Below are positions 1 to 16,592 of a DNA stretch of 64,000 bases, piece by piece (position 1 is the first letter of the stretch; each line of letters begins with the position of its first letter). The notes under the pieces were generated by a model. It did no database searches. It was given only the letters and a program-made list of their open reading frames with translations, and was not told the origin of the DNA. This stretch comes from the human T2T-CHM13v2.0 reference genome, Homo sapiens, in assembly GCF_009914755.1 (NCBI RefSeq), contig NC_060937.1. One strand, given 5' to 3'. The translations under genes and the position numbers were made by a program.

Positions 1-724
1 AATATTCAGAACCCCAAATATTGAAAAGTGTAAAAGGCAGTACTTGCTACTTCATTGTCCCGTTGCTAGCCCCAGTAAAATGAGGGTCTTAGTTTAGCGG
101 AAGACTGTGTTTACTGTTTAACTCACAGTTCACGCTAAAAATTGACACTTTTTTTTTTCCTAATAAGGGCCTCTCTATGGACCTTTTTAAAGTTTATATG
201 GTCATTAAAAACATCATTGCACACATATACTTTGTACCACTTTGGAAGTAGTGCAGGCTTGTTTGAAAGCATACACTTGACTTGTCTTCTTACTTAGTCT
301 CACAGTATTCTTTGTGAGAAGGTTGATATGCCCACATTATTCTGTGGCCAAAAACAAAAGTTTAGGAAATGAAAACAGCAAACAGAAAACCCCATGCCAA
401 GTGCTGTTTTCGTAGTGAGGCACTGGAGGGCGCTCCGCTCTAGCAATGGGAGATGCACGCAGTCTCTGCAGTCTGCAGGCTGCCCTCACGAAAGCCTCTT
501 TCAGAAGATGTAAGAGTTTTTTCTGTTCATTTTAAGGCAAATGAAAGACACATGGATGGTAGAGGAAATATTTCTATACTGACCTATAAACGGTCCCTTT
601 AAAAGTTTATGAGAAACTGAAGAAGTAGCTCTGTGCTCCAGCCCTCCTTATGACCTCCTCTCTCCCTAGCCTGTTGCAGCCTCACCGGCCTCCTCTTCTG
701 GGCTGTGTCGTCAGCCTGAAGCCC

Positions 725-1030
725 TCTGTCCCTTTGTGCCTCAGCTCAAATGTCACAAATCAGAGAGGTCTTCCTTGACCACCCTGTACAACATAGCCTC
801 CACCCCGCTAAGCAGCCTCTGCACTACCCTGTCCCCTTACTGCTGTTTTCATTTTTTCCTATTGCCCCATTTCCACCAGACATATCACATGCTTATTTGT
901 TTATTGTCCGCCTGTATCCTACCCCAGCCCCCAGATATTCATGAGAGCAGGGACTTGGTTTATTCCATTGCTATTATATATCCAGAACCTAAAACAATCC
1001 TTGGCAGTGCCTGATATAAATTTGCAGAAG
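725..1030 (+). mobile_element. L2 LINE 3' fragment
   Basis: ctcagctcaaatgtcac...cttccttgaccaccct...catgagagcagggact resembles the L2 3' consensus. Confidence 0.7.
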
Positions 1031-1089
1031 GAAAAAAGAACAGATTTAGGAATGAAATATTTTGAGTGTTTCTAAAGATTTAGTGGATT

Positions 1090-1870
<781 letters not shown>

Positions 1871-1959
1871 TGTGGAGCACAGAAATGTGATGTTTAAGTT
1901 TAAGCCTAAAGTGGATTTCTTTGAATTATACTAGCCAGTCACAGATCACTCCTGGGTAG

Positions 1960-2332
1960 TACTATGGTTTGAATGTGGTATCCCCTCCAAAATTCATGTT
2001 GAAACTTAATTCCCATTGTGGTGGTATTAAGAAGTGGGGCCTTGTAGGAAGTGGTTAAGTCATGAGGGCTGTGCCTCATGAATGGGTTAGTATCATTGGA
2101 AAGAGGCTTCAGAGAGAGTTTTCCAGTCTTGCCCTTCCACCCTGCGCCATGTGAGGACACAGCAATAAGGCGCCATATTGGAAGCAGAGAGCAGCCCTCT
2201 GTAGACACCAAGGCTGGCACCTTGATCTTAGATTCCCCAGCCTCCAGAACTGTGGGAAGTAAGTTTCTGTTGTTTATAAATTAGCCCAGTGTGTAATACT
2301 TTTTAAAATAGCAGCATAAACAGACTAAGACA
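1960..2332 (+). mobile_element. MaLR solo LTR (MST/MLT1A-like)
   Basis: Starts tactatggtttgaatgt, ends cagactaagaca; internal gcctccagaactgtg; 5-bp flanks ggtag/ggtgg. Confidence 0.9.
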
Positions 2333-3356
2333 GGTGGTTTCTACTTTTAGGAAAATATTTTTAGTTCATATTAAGATAGAAACTTATTCTAGCTCCTAAA
2401 AATCAGAATTGTTTTAATATCCTCAGGTGCTCTTTAATTTTTTCTTACAATTGTCAAAAACAAGTTTAAAATCAAGTTACTAACTCTGCTATAGGCAGGA
2501 AGCTCCTGGATAGATACTCTGGGGTTCAAGTCCAATGCTGACCCGCAGTTGGCCCTTGACCTTGTTCAAGGCCCTTATCTAGATTGTGCCTTATTTTTCT
2601 CACCCATCAAAAGGAGGATGGACAAGTTTCTTCCTGCCAGTTGACATTCCAGAGTCTAGAAAGGAATTATTGCCCTCAAGTAAGACGACCTTGGGGAATT
2701 CAGAAATAAAAAGTATATAGCTTTTTGAGCTCTAAGTTATTTTGGTCCATTTGAGCTCAATTTGACCAGAGATTGAAGATAAAAGCTCTGCCTCCCCCAA
2801 ACTTATTGGTACAGCCTGCACTCAATTGGTTTTACCGCCTTCTCCTGACATTAAGGGAGATGTTTTTGGTTGTGTGGTGTTGACCCTTTAGGTCCTCAGA
2901 AGGGGCGGCACCCTCATGGTGTCTCTGCCTGCAGCAGGGAGTGCTACCAGGCACTTTGTTCCAGTGACTTATGATGGACACAGCACAGCGCCTAGGGGTT
3001 AGGATTCTAAAATAATTCAGGTGTATGGAGACGCAGAACCTAAAAGAACTCAGGAGAAAGAGAAGGTAGATATCCTAAATTTTAGTCTGATTTTGACTCA
3101 GAAGTGGATACCTGATTTTGGCCTACATTTCACCTCTTTCAGTTTTTTTCTGCTCCATTTGGGTTCCCTGCTCACTTGGAACCCTCAAGCTGGCTTGCAA
3201 ATGCCCAGAGCCACAGTGCTCTCATAGGGTCTGCCTGTTCTAGGGCCCATCAGCCAGCAGTCCAGCAGGGATGACCAGTGAGCCCAAGAAAACAAGCAGT
3301 GCTGATGTCAGATGTGTAGGCCTTCTCAAGTGCTATACATTTTAAGAAATGCCTTC

Positions 3357-3726
<370 letters not shown>

Positions 3727-4456
3727 TGTCTTCTTCAGACACCTCAACTACAAAGGAGTCAGCCAGTCAAGAGAATTTCTCCTCTACCAGGAAGAGAATA
3801 TGGGTATAGGAGAAGCTTGGAGTCTCTCTGCCACCCCTCATGTTCTCTGGACAAAGTCCCAAGCTGTGCGTTTGAATCATCAGTGTCTACTTGTCCTGCA
3901 GAACATCAGGAATTTACCAGGTAATCTGGTGACATGCCTGCACCAGAGGACTGGGAGAATCCTTACCGTTAAACCTCTTCTCCCCACCCCTGAACACATA
4001 AATACACTTTTTAAGCTTCCTAACGCTGTACTCTGATCATGGTGCCCACCCCCTTGGACAGCATAAATTTCCCAGTGACCTCCAATTACCTGCCGCTAAA
4101 GTCCAGGCCCCTTAGTGTGGCATGTACGCACCTCCTCACCTATCCTCCATCTTTCCATTTCCCCCCAGGCCGCTTACCTGTGGCCCACATGCACCACTCA
4201 CCATGCCCCACACTCTCGAGTCATCAGTGCCACTTCCTCCTGGAAGCCTTCTTTCCCTGGACACCTCAGCCAGCCATCTGTCTCGTCCCTGAGAGCCCTA
4301 ACCTCTCCGCTGACTTTTGTCACCCTTCCCTGTGTTAAGGTGATCGAGATGCAGAACTCCCAGTGGTCTTTGATGCCTCCTCTCCTCTCCCACCCACACC
4401 CCATCTGTTGCCAGGCCTGTTGATTTTCCCCTTCAGGTGCCAACTCTTCTTTCATT

Positions 4457-5182
4457 GTATTAGTTTCCTGTTGCTGTTGTAACAGATTATCGCAAACATG
4501 GTGGTTTAAATTAAGCTTGTCCCTGCAGCCTGTGGGCCACATGTGACCTGGGATGACTTTGAATACGACCCAACACAAATTTGTGAGCTTTCTTAAAACA
4601 TGAGATTTTTTGGCGATTTTTTTTTTCCCTTTAGCTTATCAGCTGTTGTTAGTGGATTTTATGTGTGGTCCAAGACAATTCTTCTTCCAGTGTGGGGCCA
4701 GGGAAGCCAAAAAAACTGGACACCCTTGGTTAAGTTAACACAGATTTGTTAACTTACGCTTCTGCAGTTTGGAAGTCTGACCTAGGTTTTGTGGGCTGAA
4801 ACCAAGGTGTTTACAGGGATGGAGAGTGTTCTTTCTGGCAGTTCTAGGGGTGATCTGTTTGCTTGCCTGTTTCAGCTTCTAGAGGCTGCCCACATTCTTT
4901 GGCTCATGGCTCCTTATCCATCTTCAAAGCCAGACCCAGTGGACTGAATTCTTCTCCCCATTGCTGCCATCTCTCGGGTTCTGTTGCTTCTGCCACCCTT
5001 TTCCACTTAGAAGCACCCTTGTGATTACGTTGGCCCCACCTGGATAACCAGGGCCAGTCGCCCCAACTCAGGGTCAGCTGATTAGCAACCTTCATTCCAC
5101 TTTGCCATGTAACCTGACATATCAATAAATACTGGGTATAAGGACGTGGACATCTTTGGGGGCCATTATTCTGCATACCCAT
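4457..5182 (-). mobile_element. MaLR LTR (MLT1C/D-like) interrupted by MER30
   Basis: tgtattagtttcctgttgctg...cagcttctagaggctgcccacatt...ggacatctttgggggccattattctg. Confidence 0.85.
4512..4728. mobile_element. MER30-like hAT-Charlie non-autonomous DNA transposon
   Basis: aagcttgtcc...cccaacacaaattt...agacaattcttcttccagtgtgg...ggacacccttg matches MER30 layout. Confidence 0.85.
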
Positions 5183-5434
5183 CCACTGTTATAGATTCAG
5201 GTTTGAACTCTTGGAATGACCATCTAATGGGCTGAGTTCCCTCATTGCCTCTCATGTTATGTGCTGCCAGCATAGATATTAAGATGTACATTCTATCATC
5301 TAGACCTGTTGGTTCCAAAAACATCTCTTGGATCTGTCCTTTTCTTTTTGTCTCCATTGCCCCTACCCTAGTGGCAAACAATCCTGTGAAAAAGGATTGT
5401 TTACATGTATGGGTGCCCCTCCAGGCAATATTCA

Positions 5435-6185
5435 AGTGTACTCTTCAAGGCTGTTTTAGTACATTCACCATATTGTGCAACCATCACCTCCATCTAGTTC
5501 CAAAACATTTTCATCGCCCTAAAGGAGAACTCTATCCATTGAGCGGCCATTCCCCATTCCCTCCTCTCCTCAACCCCTGGCAACCACCAGTCTGTCTTCT
5601 GTCTCTGTGCATTTACCATTCCTTTGTATGGATATAGCACTACATTTTGTTTATTTTTTAAATTAAATTTAATTTTTTAGAGACAGGATGTAGCTCTGTC
5701 ATCCAGGTTGGAGTATAGTGGCACCGTCACCCAGGCTGGAGTGTAGTGGCATGATCATAGCTCACTGTAGCCTTGGACTCCTGGGCTTGAGTGATTCCCC
5801 CTGCCTCAACCTTCCAAGTAGCTAGGACTGCAGGCACCCACCACCACACCTGGCTCATTTTTTAAATTTATTTGTCAGTTGATGGACATTTGGGCTGTTT
5901 CCACTTTTTGGTGATTGTGACTAGTGCTGCTATGAACATTCATATACAGGTATTTGTTTTCAGTTCCTTTAGGTTTATACCTAGGAACTGCTGTGCCATA
6001 TAGTAATTCTATGTTTAACTTTTTGAGGAACCACCAAACTGTTTTCCACAGTGGCTGCACCATTTTACATTCCACCAGCAATGTACAAGCGTTCTGATTT
6101 CTCCACATCCTCGCCAACACTTGCTATTTTCCATTGTTTTTATTGCAGCCATCCTAGTAGATGTGAAGTTGTATTCTCGCGGTTT
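5435..6185 (-). mobile_element. L1MB-like LINE fragment with nested partial Alu (~5655-5865)
   Basis: gatggacatttgggctgtttccac...aggaaccaccaaactgttttccacagtggctgcaccattttacattcc. Confidence 0.85.
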
Positions 6186-6537
6186 CTTCCAAATCATTTT
6201 TAAATGTACAAATTGTCTAATTTCACTTCTCTGCTTCACATCCTTCCTATTGCATTTATAATAAACCCTGGCCCCCATCTTGGACTCCAAGGAGTATATG
6301 ATCTTCTCCCTCCTACCTCTTTCTCTCACTGCCTTCCATGCTCCTCACTCAGTCCACTTACCGAGCATCATTGGCCTTCTCCTGTTCCCTCAAGCAGGGA
6401 AGGCAAACACCCATGGGCTTTTATTTATTATTTCTTTATTTATTTTTTAACACTTCCCTCCTTAGGTCCAGAGACCATGGGCTTTGAGGCTCAGGGGATT
6501 CAGATCCAAGGTCCATTTAGAAGTAAATGATGAGATG

Positions 6538-6879
<342 letters not shown>

Positions 6880-6999
6880 TCATAAGAACACCAATAAACA
6901 GTGGATGTAAAAAGCAACATCAGATAGATACCTAAAGGCCATGTCTTTGGAACAGGGGTAACCACCTGAAGCATGTCCTCCCTTCCCTGCCTTTTTCCT

Positions 7000-7180
7000 C
7001 CCTCAGAGCACCCCGTTCTTCATTGCACTTATGATTTGTCACCAGCCACGAATGTGTGCATCTCCCTGTTATGTTTGGTCTCCTGCACTGGGCTGGAAAC
7101 TCCACGTTCACCCTTTATGCCTGTGCCCAGCACAGTGCCTGACACAGTAGGCACTGATTAAATGATTCTTGAATGACTGC
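7000..7180 (+). mobile_element. L2 3' terminal fragment
   Basis: cccagcacagtgcctgacacagtaggcactgattaaatg...gaatga, L2 terminus. Confidence 0.75.
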
Positions 7181-8979
7181 ATCATCATATGGTCACAGTA
7201 AACAGAATCCATCACTAATTATCTATTTGACATGAGCGGGTGGAAAGGCAAAGTTTTTATGCATGAGTGTGGGTGTATGTATGTTTTCCTAGATTATAGA
7301 TTTGTCTAAACATTCCTGCTAATTTTAAGATATCAAATCTGAAGTTTCCTTGGCTTGAATTTTTGAACATAGGCCAAGGTTGTTTTTAGATTCCTCAGTA
7401 TTCTCTCTTTTGTGAAAGTTTTCAAAAGTATAAACGGCGCATCTTCCGTACAACTGGTTTACATTGTTGGTTTATGCAGTTGAGTTGTGGGCAGAGGGGA
7501 AACCTCAATGTCTGAATGTGGCTTTACCCCAGCGCTGAGATATCCCCGGGAGAGCTTGGCCAGTCTGAGTCCATGTGGCCTAAAGATCCTCCCTAGCCAG
7601 TTCCCTGTCCCACCTACATTCTGTTTATTTCAGAACTTCTCACCTGTTGAACACACAGCCCTTCCTCAACACAGGACCAGCTCAGCATCGGGAAGCTGTA
7701 TTTTAAGAAAATCATGGTCTTCCAGCTCAGTGGAGGCATCTTAGCGGGATCCAAAATAACATTCGCTTTTATCTTGAAATTCTTTCTGTTTTTGGTTTTT
7801 CCCCAACTCTCATCCTTCCCCCACCTTCACCTCAGACACTCCAGGTTATTACTGAAATTAAGCATGATAGAAAGTGTGGACTCATAGGCTCAGTTCTGTT
7901 CCCTCCTTATGGCCAGCGTGTGGAAGAGCTCCTCTGCTCTCATGCCTTCTCCATCGGAGCTGGTTCATCACCTTGGCCTGTCTTGGGCGGAGTCCCCGAC
8001 TTGGGAGTTGTGCTGTTCGTTTGCTGTCCATCGGGCTGTAAGCTCCTTGAGGACCAGGCACCATGTTTACTCACCCCTGTCCCTTCTGGGAACCTGGGGG
8101 AAACTGCTAACTGGCGTGGCTCTCAGACCTTGCATGGCCCCACACATTTTTTTTCTGTGGGAACCACTAAGCATTAGCAACTCGCCAGTGATCAGCAGGG
8201 ATTAGCAGCGTTTAGGCTCCGCAGACATTTAATGTGCTAATTGAGGAGCCCAGGGTTCGGCCAAGGAAGTGATTTACAAAGGTGGAAACGGGACTGTTGA
8301 CACAGGTGCATCTTATTAATTACTGGTTTGGGGAATTAGTAAAAATGTTAATAATTTGAGGGATTATTGTTAATGAAGGATAAGAAACTTCACAACCATA
8401 TGGTTTACTACTTGATGCGATTTTCCCTTTTTTAAAAAAATACTTTTAAATCTGGGTTTTAGGAAGGACAAGCCATTTCTTGCAGAACTTATTGATTGTA
8501 TTACATAGGTAAATGGAAAAATATTTCCTAGAACAATTTTTTGTAACAGAAAATTCTAAAACATACCAGTAGTATGAAGTAAGAGGCACCTATGGCACAT
8601 CTTTGTATTATTCAGTCCCTCCTTTATACATTCTTCTGACAAGAACGGGAGTCATGCCTCCCAGGCTCTGAGTCCCAGGCTCCGAGCATTACTGAGGCAG
8701 CTCCTAAGAAGAGAGAAGGGAAGAACATTTCCTGAGGATCTTTGCTGTGCCAGGTTCCAGAAGGTGCTTTGGCGCATCTCACGTGAGATACGGGCTCCTT
8801 TTGCCTGCTTTCTAAGAAGGGTGCGGTGTGAGGTGGCTGGCTGCGTGGAAGAGGCCTGGGAGGAGTAATTCCACCAGTATTGTGTCTTAGTCTTCAAGTG
8901 GCCAGTGCAGTACCTTGGCCTGTGGTAGATCCTGAGTAAATGTTGACTGAAACGAAGATGCCATGGCCGGTGGTGAAGC

Positions 8980-9295
8980 AGGGATCAGTGCAACAATGCT
9001 GTGAGAATACAGAGGCAGGGGTGGCTTTTGGAGGGCACCTGGATCATTCCCAGGGAAGCTGCCCTCTGGGCAGAGTTTAAAGTATGGCAGAGGGAAGAGT
9101 GTTCTTGGCAGAGGGCACAGGCCCGGTAGGGGAGTTATGAGCAGGTAATTGTGGAGTATGGGATTCCCAGGGGCTGGGCATGACGTTGAGAGCGGGGGAG
9201 GTTGAGGCCAGACTGTGAAGGGATTCCCAGGCCAGCCCAGGACTGACTTCAGATTTACATCCTATTGGCAACAAGGAGCCAGTGGAGATGTTTAA
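8980..9295 (-). mobile_element. L2 fragment
   Basis: gggaagagtgttcttggcagagggcacag...gccagactgtgaaggg...ggagccagtggagatgttt. Confidence 0.6.
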
Positions 9296-11651
9296 TCTCT
9301 TTCGGCCTCCATCAAGTTAGCCTTTCAGTCTGTAACCTGGCCTAAGTGTTAGTCCCATGTCATTTGAACCCCTTGCCTTTCTCTTTTACTTAAATTACAT
9401 TCACAGTGCGCTGTGAAACCTAATTGGAATAGACAAAACGTGGTGGAACTCTGCAGCTTATGGGGCCAGTTCATGCTCACCTTAATGTGCTTATAATGTA
9501 CATTTAAATACTGCCAGTTATTTGGAGCTTTCAGGTGACTTCACTTCTCTGTGTATTATGTACTTCGCTTCCTACATCTGCAGTTAATTTGTTAAGAGAC
9601 CTTAATGAGAAACTTCAAACAGTTTAAATGTCAATTACCAAAAAAGTAAGGTTTTCAAGTTCCAGTAATCTACCCGATTGGTCATCAGAATGTAGTCCCA
9701 GGTGGATGTAATTTAAGACATGACATTCCAGAGCTTCAGTTACAAAGAATTTATATATTTCGGGACTAATAAACTGGCTCCAGTGGTGGCTACACTTGCA
9801 GGATTGTCTGCAGTTATGACTCATCTAGTACCGGCGCTGCTCAGAACTTTCTGTCCACGGAGTTCACACTGGTTTTGTGTTTGGGCTGGTGCTTTTGAAT
9901 CTGAAAAAAAGTGCATAAAAATATGCCAGAAATGTAGTAAATATTGTGATCATTTCATTTTTTAATCCGACACTTTTGAGAGGAAAAGAGTATTCATCAG
10001 TACTTTATCATAGATTTAATTAATGGGATAATCTTTAATTTCTGACTCAGACATCTGGATTTGTTTCTTGCCACCCCCTCCTTTTTTTCTGTGTTCCTTT
10101 CTCGTCTTTATTTTTGATGAAGATAAAATACTTAAAGAAAGCGTTGAATGTGATGATGAGTATTGTTTTAACAGAAAGTAAAATCAAAAGCATGCAGAAT
10201 AAATTAACCTTGCATTTTCTCGGCAGGTCAGTTAGTGGGTGTTATATCCTTAGTTGTTGGTGCTACAAAGTAAATAATTTTTGGCAGCTGGTTTAGTTTT
10301 CACCACTTCTAAGCCTATGACAAATGGTCTTGGAAGATCTTTGGTCTTAAAAAGGAAAATTTTCTGTGTGCGAGTTTTAAGTTCAGTTTTGTTGGGTTTT
10401 GAAGTCTTTTTTATGTAAGCCACTTATGTGGCATTTTGTTTTATTTGAATTTGAAATTTTTTTTAAGTTTTAAAGCTAGAGTCTGCCACATTGAACTGTT
10501 TTTCACACTTGGCATTTAAAAGTTAATTTGCTTTTTCTGTTTTTAAAAGAGACTAAAAAACTAAGGTTTCCCCTACTAAGCATTTATTAGTCAACCACTT
10601 TTGAAAATTGAAAAATTAGTTTGTATGGTTTTAGATTGTTTTTCTCCCAGGAGAGATAATGTTGCTACATAATCTCAGACCTGCATTCACGTATTTAGCC
10701 TGCCATAAGTCACTGTCAAAATGAAGAAAATGCTGAAAGTTAGATATACCTGCACATGTGAATTTCATGTATTTTCTGGTAATCAACTCTGTTTTAAAGG
10801 CTTTTGGGAGTTGTTTTCTTTCAGAAGCAGCCCACTGGTGCTGTATTTGGCATGTTGTGTGTTATTAAAACTTCATATAAATGCAGAGGTACTAAAACGT
10901 GAAGTTTACAAAACCCATCGGAACATTTTTACTTGTGTAGTTAGCACGATCACTTCTCCAAGTACAATAATCTTTGTGTTGTGAGCCTGTAGACAAAACT
11001 CGTGTCTGGCATATCTGATTGGAATGTGAAATTTAATATTTTCCACTAGTTATTTCCCAACATGCAAAGTGAACTGATACCCATTAAATATATATATTTA
11101 AGTAAAAATAGAGAGGATCAGTGGCCTAATCAGCTTTACAGCTGTGAATTTAGGAAGTGAATTCACAACATCCCTCTCTCCAGAGAGACGACTTGATGAC
11201 TTACTCTCGGTTTCTTTAAGTGACATAGTAGACCTTGTTTGGATTAATCAGCAGCCTTGGGAGTTGGAGCAGTCATTTGCAATATTGAGTGGAAAAGTTC
11301 CTTGTGCTTGGAAAAGTCAGAAGGCCAGGAGTGAGAGACATGGCCTCATCCTTTCCCTGGTGGCTCCTCACCTGTGAAGTTGCACCAGGGTGGTAAGAAA
11401 ATTGTAGGAGCTCATTTTATGTGAAACCATTAGCAGCCTGGGAATTCAGGACTAGCTGCCTTTCATACTTTAAGACACTGGAAGGTGTCATTTATAAGCA
11501 TAGAGAGCCTGCAGGAAGGCAGAACAGGCTTGTAAACTGGAGCCTGAGGCTCTGGGCAGCAATCAGTGTGTAATAGAGTTTAAAGTCTTAGGTTATCAGA
11601 ATCACAAATGGGCCTTTAAGTGTTGTGGGCAAATCCCAAGAAACATCTGTC

Positions 11652-11827
11652 TATAAAAGGCAGGTACAATGGCCAGTTATTTCCTCCTGGTTATTGTGAT
11701 ATTGTTATTTTCTGTTTCTGCCTTTGTGGATGGGAGTGGGGAGAGAAAGGGAGGGGCCCTTGCTACAAGTGTAAGAATAAAATTGTAAATGTTTGTGTTA
11801 GTTGAAAAAAAATTGACTATGGTAAGT
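11652..11827 (+). promoter_or_regulatory. Candidate TATA promoter and short first exon ending at a consensus splice donor
   Basis: TATAAAAG at 11652-11659; ATG|GTAAGT at 11819-11827; non-repeat context. Confidence 0.3.
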
Positions 11828-13639
11828 GTCGCAGCTAATGTAGGGTGTTTTCACCTTGAAACAGCGACTGCCGCCCAGTTCCTGCTGCTTCGTTCGCGGA
11901 CTCTGAATTCCACTGCTGGGGCAGGCGTGTGTGACAGGCAGAGAGAGCCCTGGGGTTGGGGGAACAAGGAAGTGTTTCCAGTTCCCATTTGGCTTATGCA
12001 TTGGAGGGTTCCCCAATGTGGGGACAGCGTCCAGGTTCTTGGCCTGTGGAAATGACAAATGGCCCTGACAGGGGGCTATCCCAGCTTCAGTGTTTCTGTT
12101 CACCATCCTAAGAGTGGTTCTTTATCTGAAACCATGAAGAAAACCAGATGATTAGAGAAGAATTCAAGAACCCATTCTGTAGACATTGCCTCCTGACAAG
12201 TACAAATGCGTCTGTTGAAATCTCAGTGCTCCAAGTCCCCATCTATCCGCCTTCCCCCTCCTCCAGGTTTTAGACAGGTTACCTGATTGCCCCTGGTTGG
12301 CCCTCATCCCCTCCCCTATCTGGGCAGCGCTCTCCCTGCTGTGGGGTTGGGTGGTCCTCCTGCTCCTGGGTCATATGGTATCGAGAGATGCTGATTCCAT
12401 CTGCAGCTCCTTCTCTGTACTGTGGACTTCACTGCTTGTCTCTTTGGCCACTAGGAAGCATTTATTCTGATTCTCATGGGCAGCTTGAGAGGCTTCCCAC
12501 AGAGGGAAGGGTAGGCCTTTAATATTTCTGTCCTTCATCTCAAAGACTGTTTCTTTAAAGTGGACACAGATGGGATTGGGCTGGAGAGAGGTGGCCCCAG
12601 CCCAGGAGATCATGTTGTCTGGGTGAAACCACTGCACGCTCTGGTCCCTGGGCTCCTATTGCTCAGGGTTCCTTTTTAAAGCCCACTTGTCGAGTCTTCT
12701 TTCTTTACAGAGGAGATGTTGTGCTTACCCTCTTGTGAGGATCTCACAGTGTTCTAGCGCCTCTCCTTGGAGATGGTATTTACTGGTTTGAGGGTGACCT
12801 CTGCTAATGGACCTGTTCAGTCACCAGGTACAGGGCCTTCAGTTGTGTTGTCGAAGAGGCTCTGCTCACCCCTGCCCCACCATATCTGAGAAGTGCCCGA
12901 AGTTAGTTGGATGTGGCTTCTCTGCCTAGGTAGCCTTGCACCCCTGGGAGGATGGGGGCCTAAGCTGGAAGTGGATTTTTCTCATCTAGCAGAAGCACAT
13001 TCGATACTGGATACAAAGCCCCATCTTCTGTTTCAGAAGCAGCTTGGAGCATTTCTTGTTTAACTGTCATGTAAGCCCCTTAAGCAATGCTTTTTTCAGA
13101 GAGGTATCATCCTGATAAATTGTCAAATGCCTCTTTCAAATCCATTCCTTTTAAAAAAAATCCTCTTTTCTGTTTATTCTGGAGTCACTCATCATGCAAA
13201 TAATATCTTTGTGAGAAGTGGTGTTCCTGGAGTTGGAGAAGGCTCTTTAGTAGGGCTGCTGGTCAGTACAGTCCCTGAAAAACATGACTATTTATAACAC
13301 AGGCACCAGAGGGTTCAGAGACGTGCTAAAAGTGGAGAAGTTGGGGGCAGGGGAGTGCTGGCAAGGATGAACTTTGCCTATTTCACAAGTTTTGACTAAA
13401 GTAGTTCTGAATAAGAAAAGCGTTTGATGAAATCTTACCTAGTATAAAGACATATTATTTTTGGCCTCTCTTTTTTCTTTCTTCTTTTTGTTCTTTCACC
13501 TTTCCCCTGTGACCTCCCATTCCAGCTGAGCCCTCTTGTTCCCATTTGCCCTGTACTGTTGATCTTAACCCCAGCTCTGCCCTCTCTTAAATCCTGTTCT
13601 TATTCTTGGAGAAGACTACAGTCTCCCGAGCTCTTTCTA

Positions 13640-13830
13640 TATGCCAAGCACTGTACTTTTATACATTCATATTATCATGAGGAAATATTCTTTTGCCTAT
13701 TTTACAGATGAAGCAAGTGAGATTCAGGGAAGTTAAGTAATTTATCCAAATTTACATGCCTACTAAGGGATGGAGCAGGAGCCAGACCCCTGTTTCTGAA
13801 GCATGTTTGCTGAACCACTACACTTTAGCC
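13640..13830 (-). mobile_element. MIR SINE
   Basis: attttacagatgaagcaagtgagattcagggaagttaagtaattt, MIR core antisense. Confidence 0.8.
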
Positions 13831-13874
13831 ACCTACTGTGGATACCTTTGGAAAGGAGGATTCTTTTACCGTTA

Positions 13875-14371
<497 letters not shown>

Positions 14372-14424
14372 TTAAAAAGAATAAGGTAGTTCCCATAAAT
14401 GGTAGAATAGCTTGATTGTACTAA

Positions 14425-14761
<337 letters not shown>

Positions 14762-15320
14762 ACACACAAAGTATTTTAAAAAACTATTGTAAGTCACCAG
14801 AAAGCAAGCAAAATCAGGCAGAAACTGGAGGAGAATCTACCTCAAAAGACAAACTGCGGTGGATAAGGTTTGCAGGTTTGTAGCTTTAACCTGAAGGTAC
14901 TCCCAAAGCTAATTAAGTGGCCAAAAGCCGCAGCCTTACTGTATTGCGATGTTAGAGGGCAGAGGTAGAAACTGGCAGAGCTGGCAGAGCAGTCAGAAAA
15001 TTAAGAGGGAAACCCCAGAGAGGAGGGAGCTACAGAGGGCACAAACACCCAAATCTGCATATGAAATGGCACAAATCCTTGGTTGGCTACTAAACTATGT
15101 GTCTGCAAACCTGGTGAAAAAGTAGCAGCTTTAAGCCTGAAAAAAACTAAGCAAAGATCTTGGCCACTGCCTACCATAGGGAAGACAGAACTTGGTATTT
15201 GTGTTCAGCCAAGTTAGCTGTCTGCTAGAACAAAAATTAGTCTTCAGAGAAATGTGCAGAATCTGGAATCTCTATAACATATCGATCATCATGTCCAGTG
15301 TCCTATCAGAAACCACTAGA

Positions 15321-15700
<380 letters not shown>

Positions 15701-15819
15701 TTACAATTAATAGACAAGGACTTTAAAGCATCTACCATAAATACATTCAAAGACTTAATAAAAATGTATACACAATGAATGAACAGATAGGGAGTATCAG
15801 CTTAGAAATAGTAGCTATG

Positions 15820-16592
<773 letters not shown>

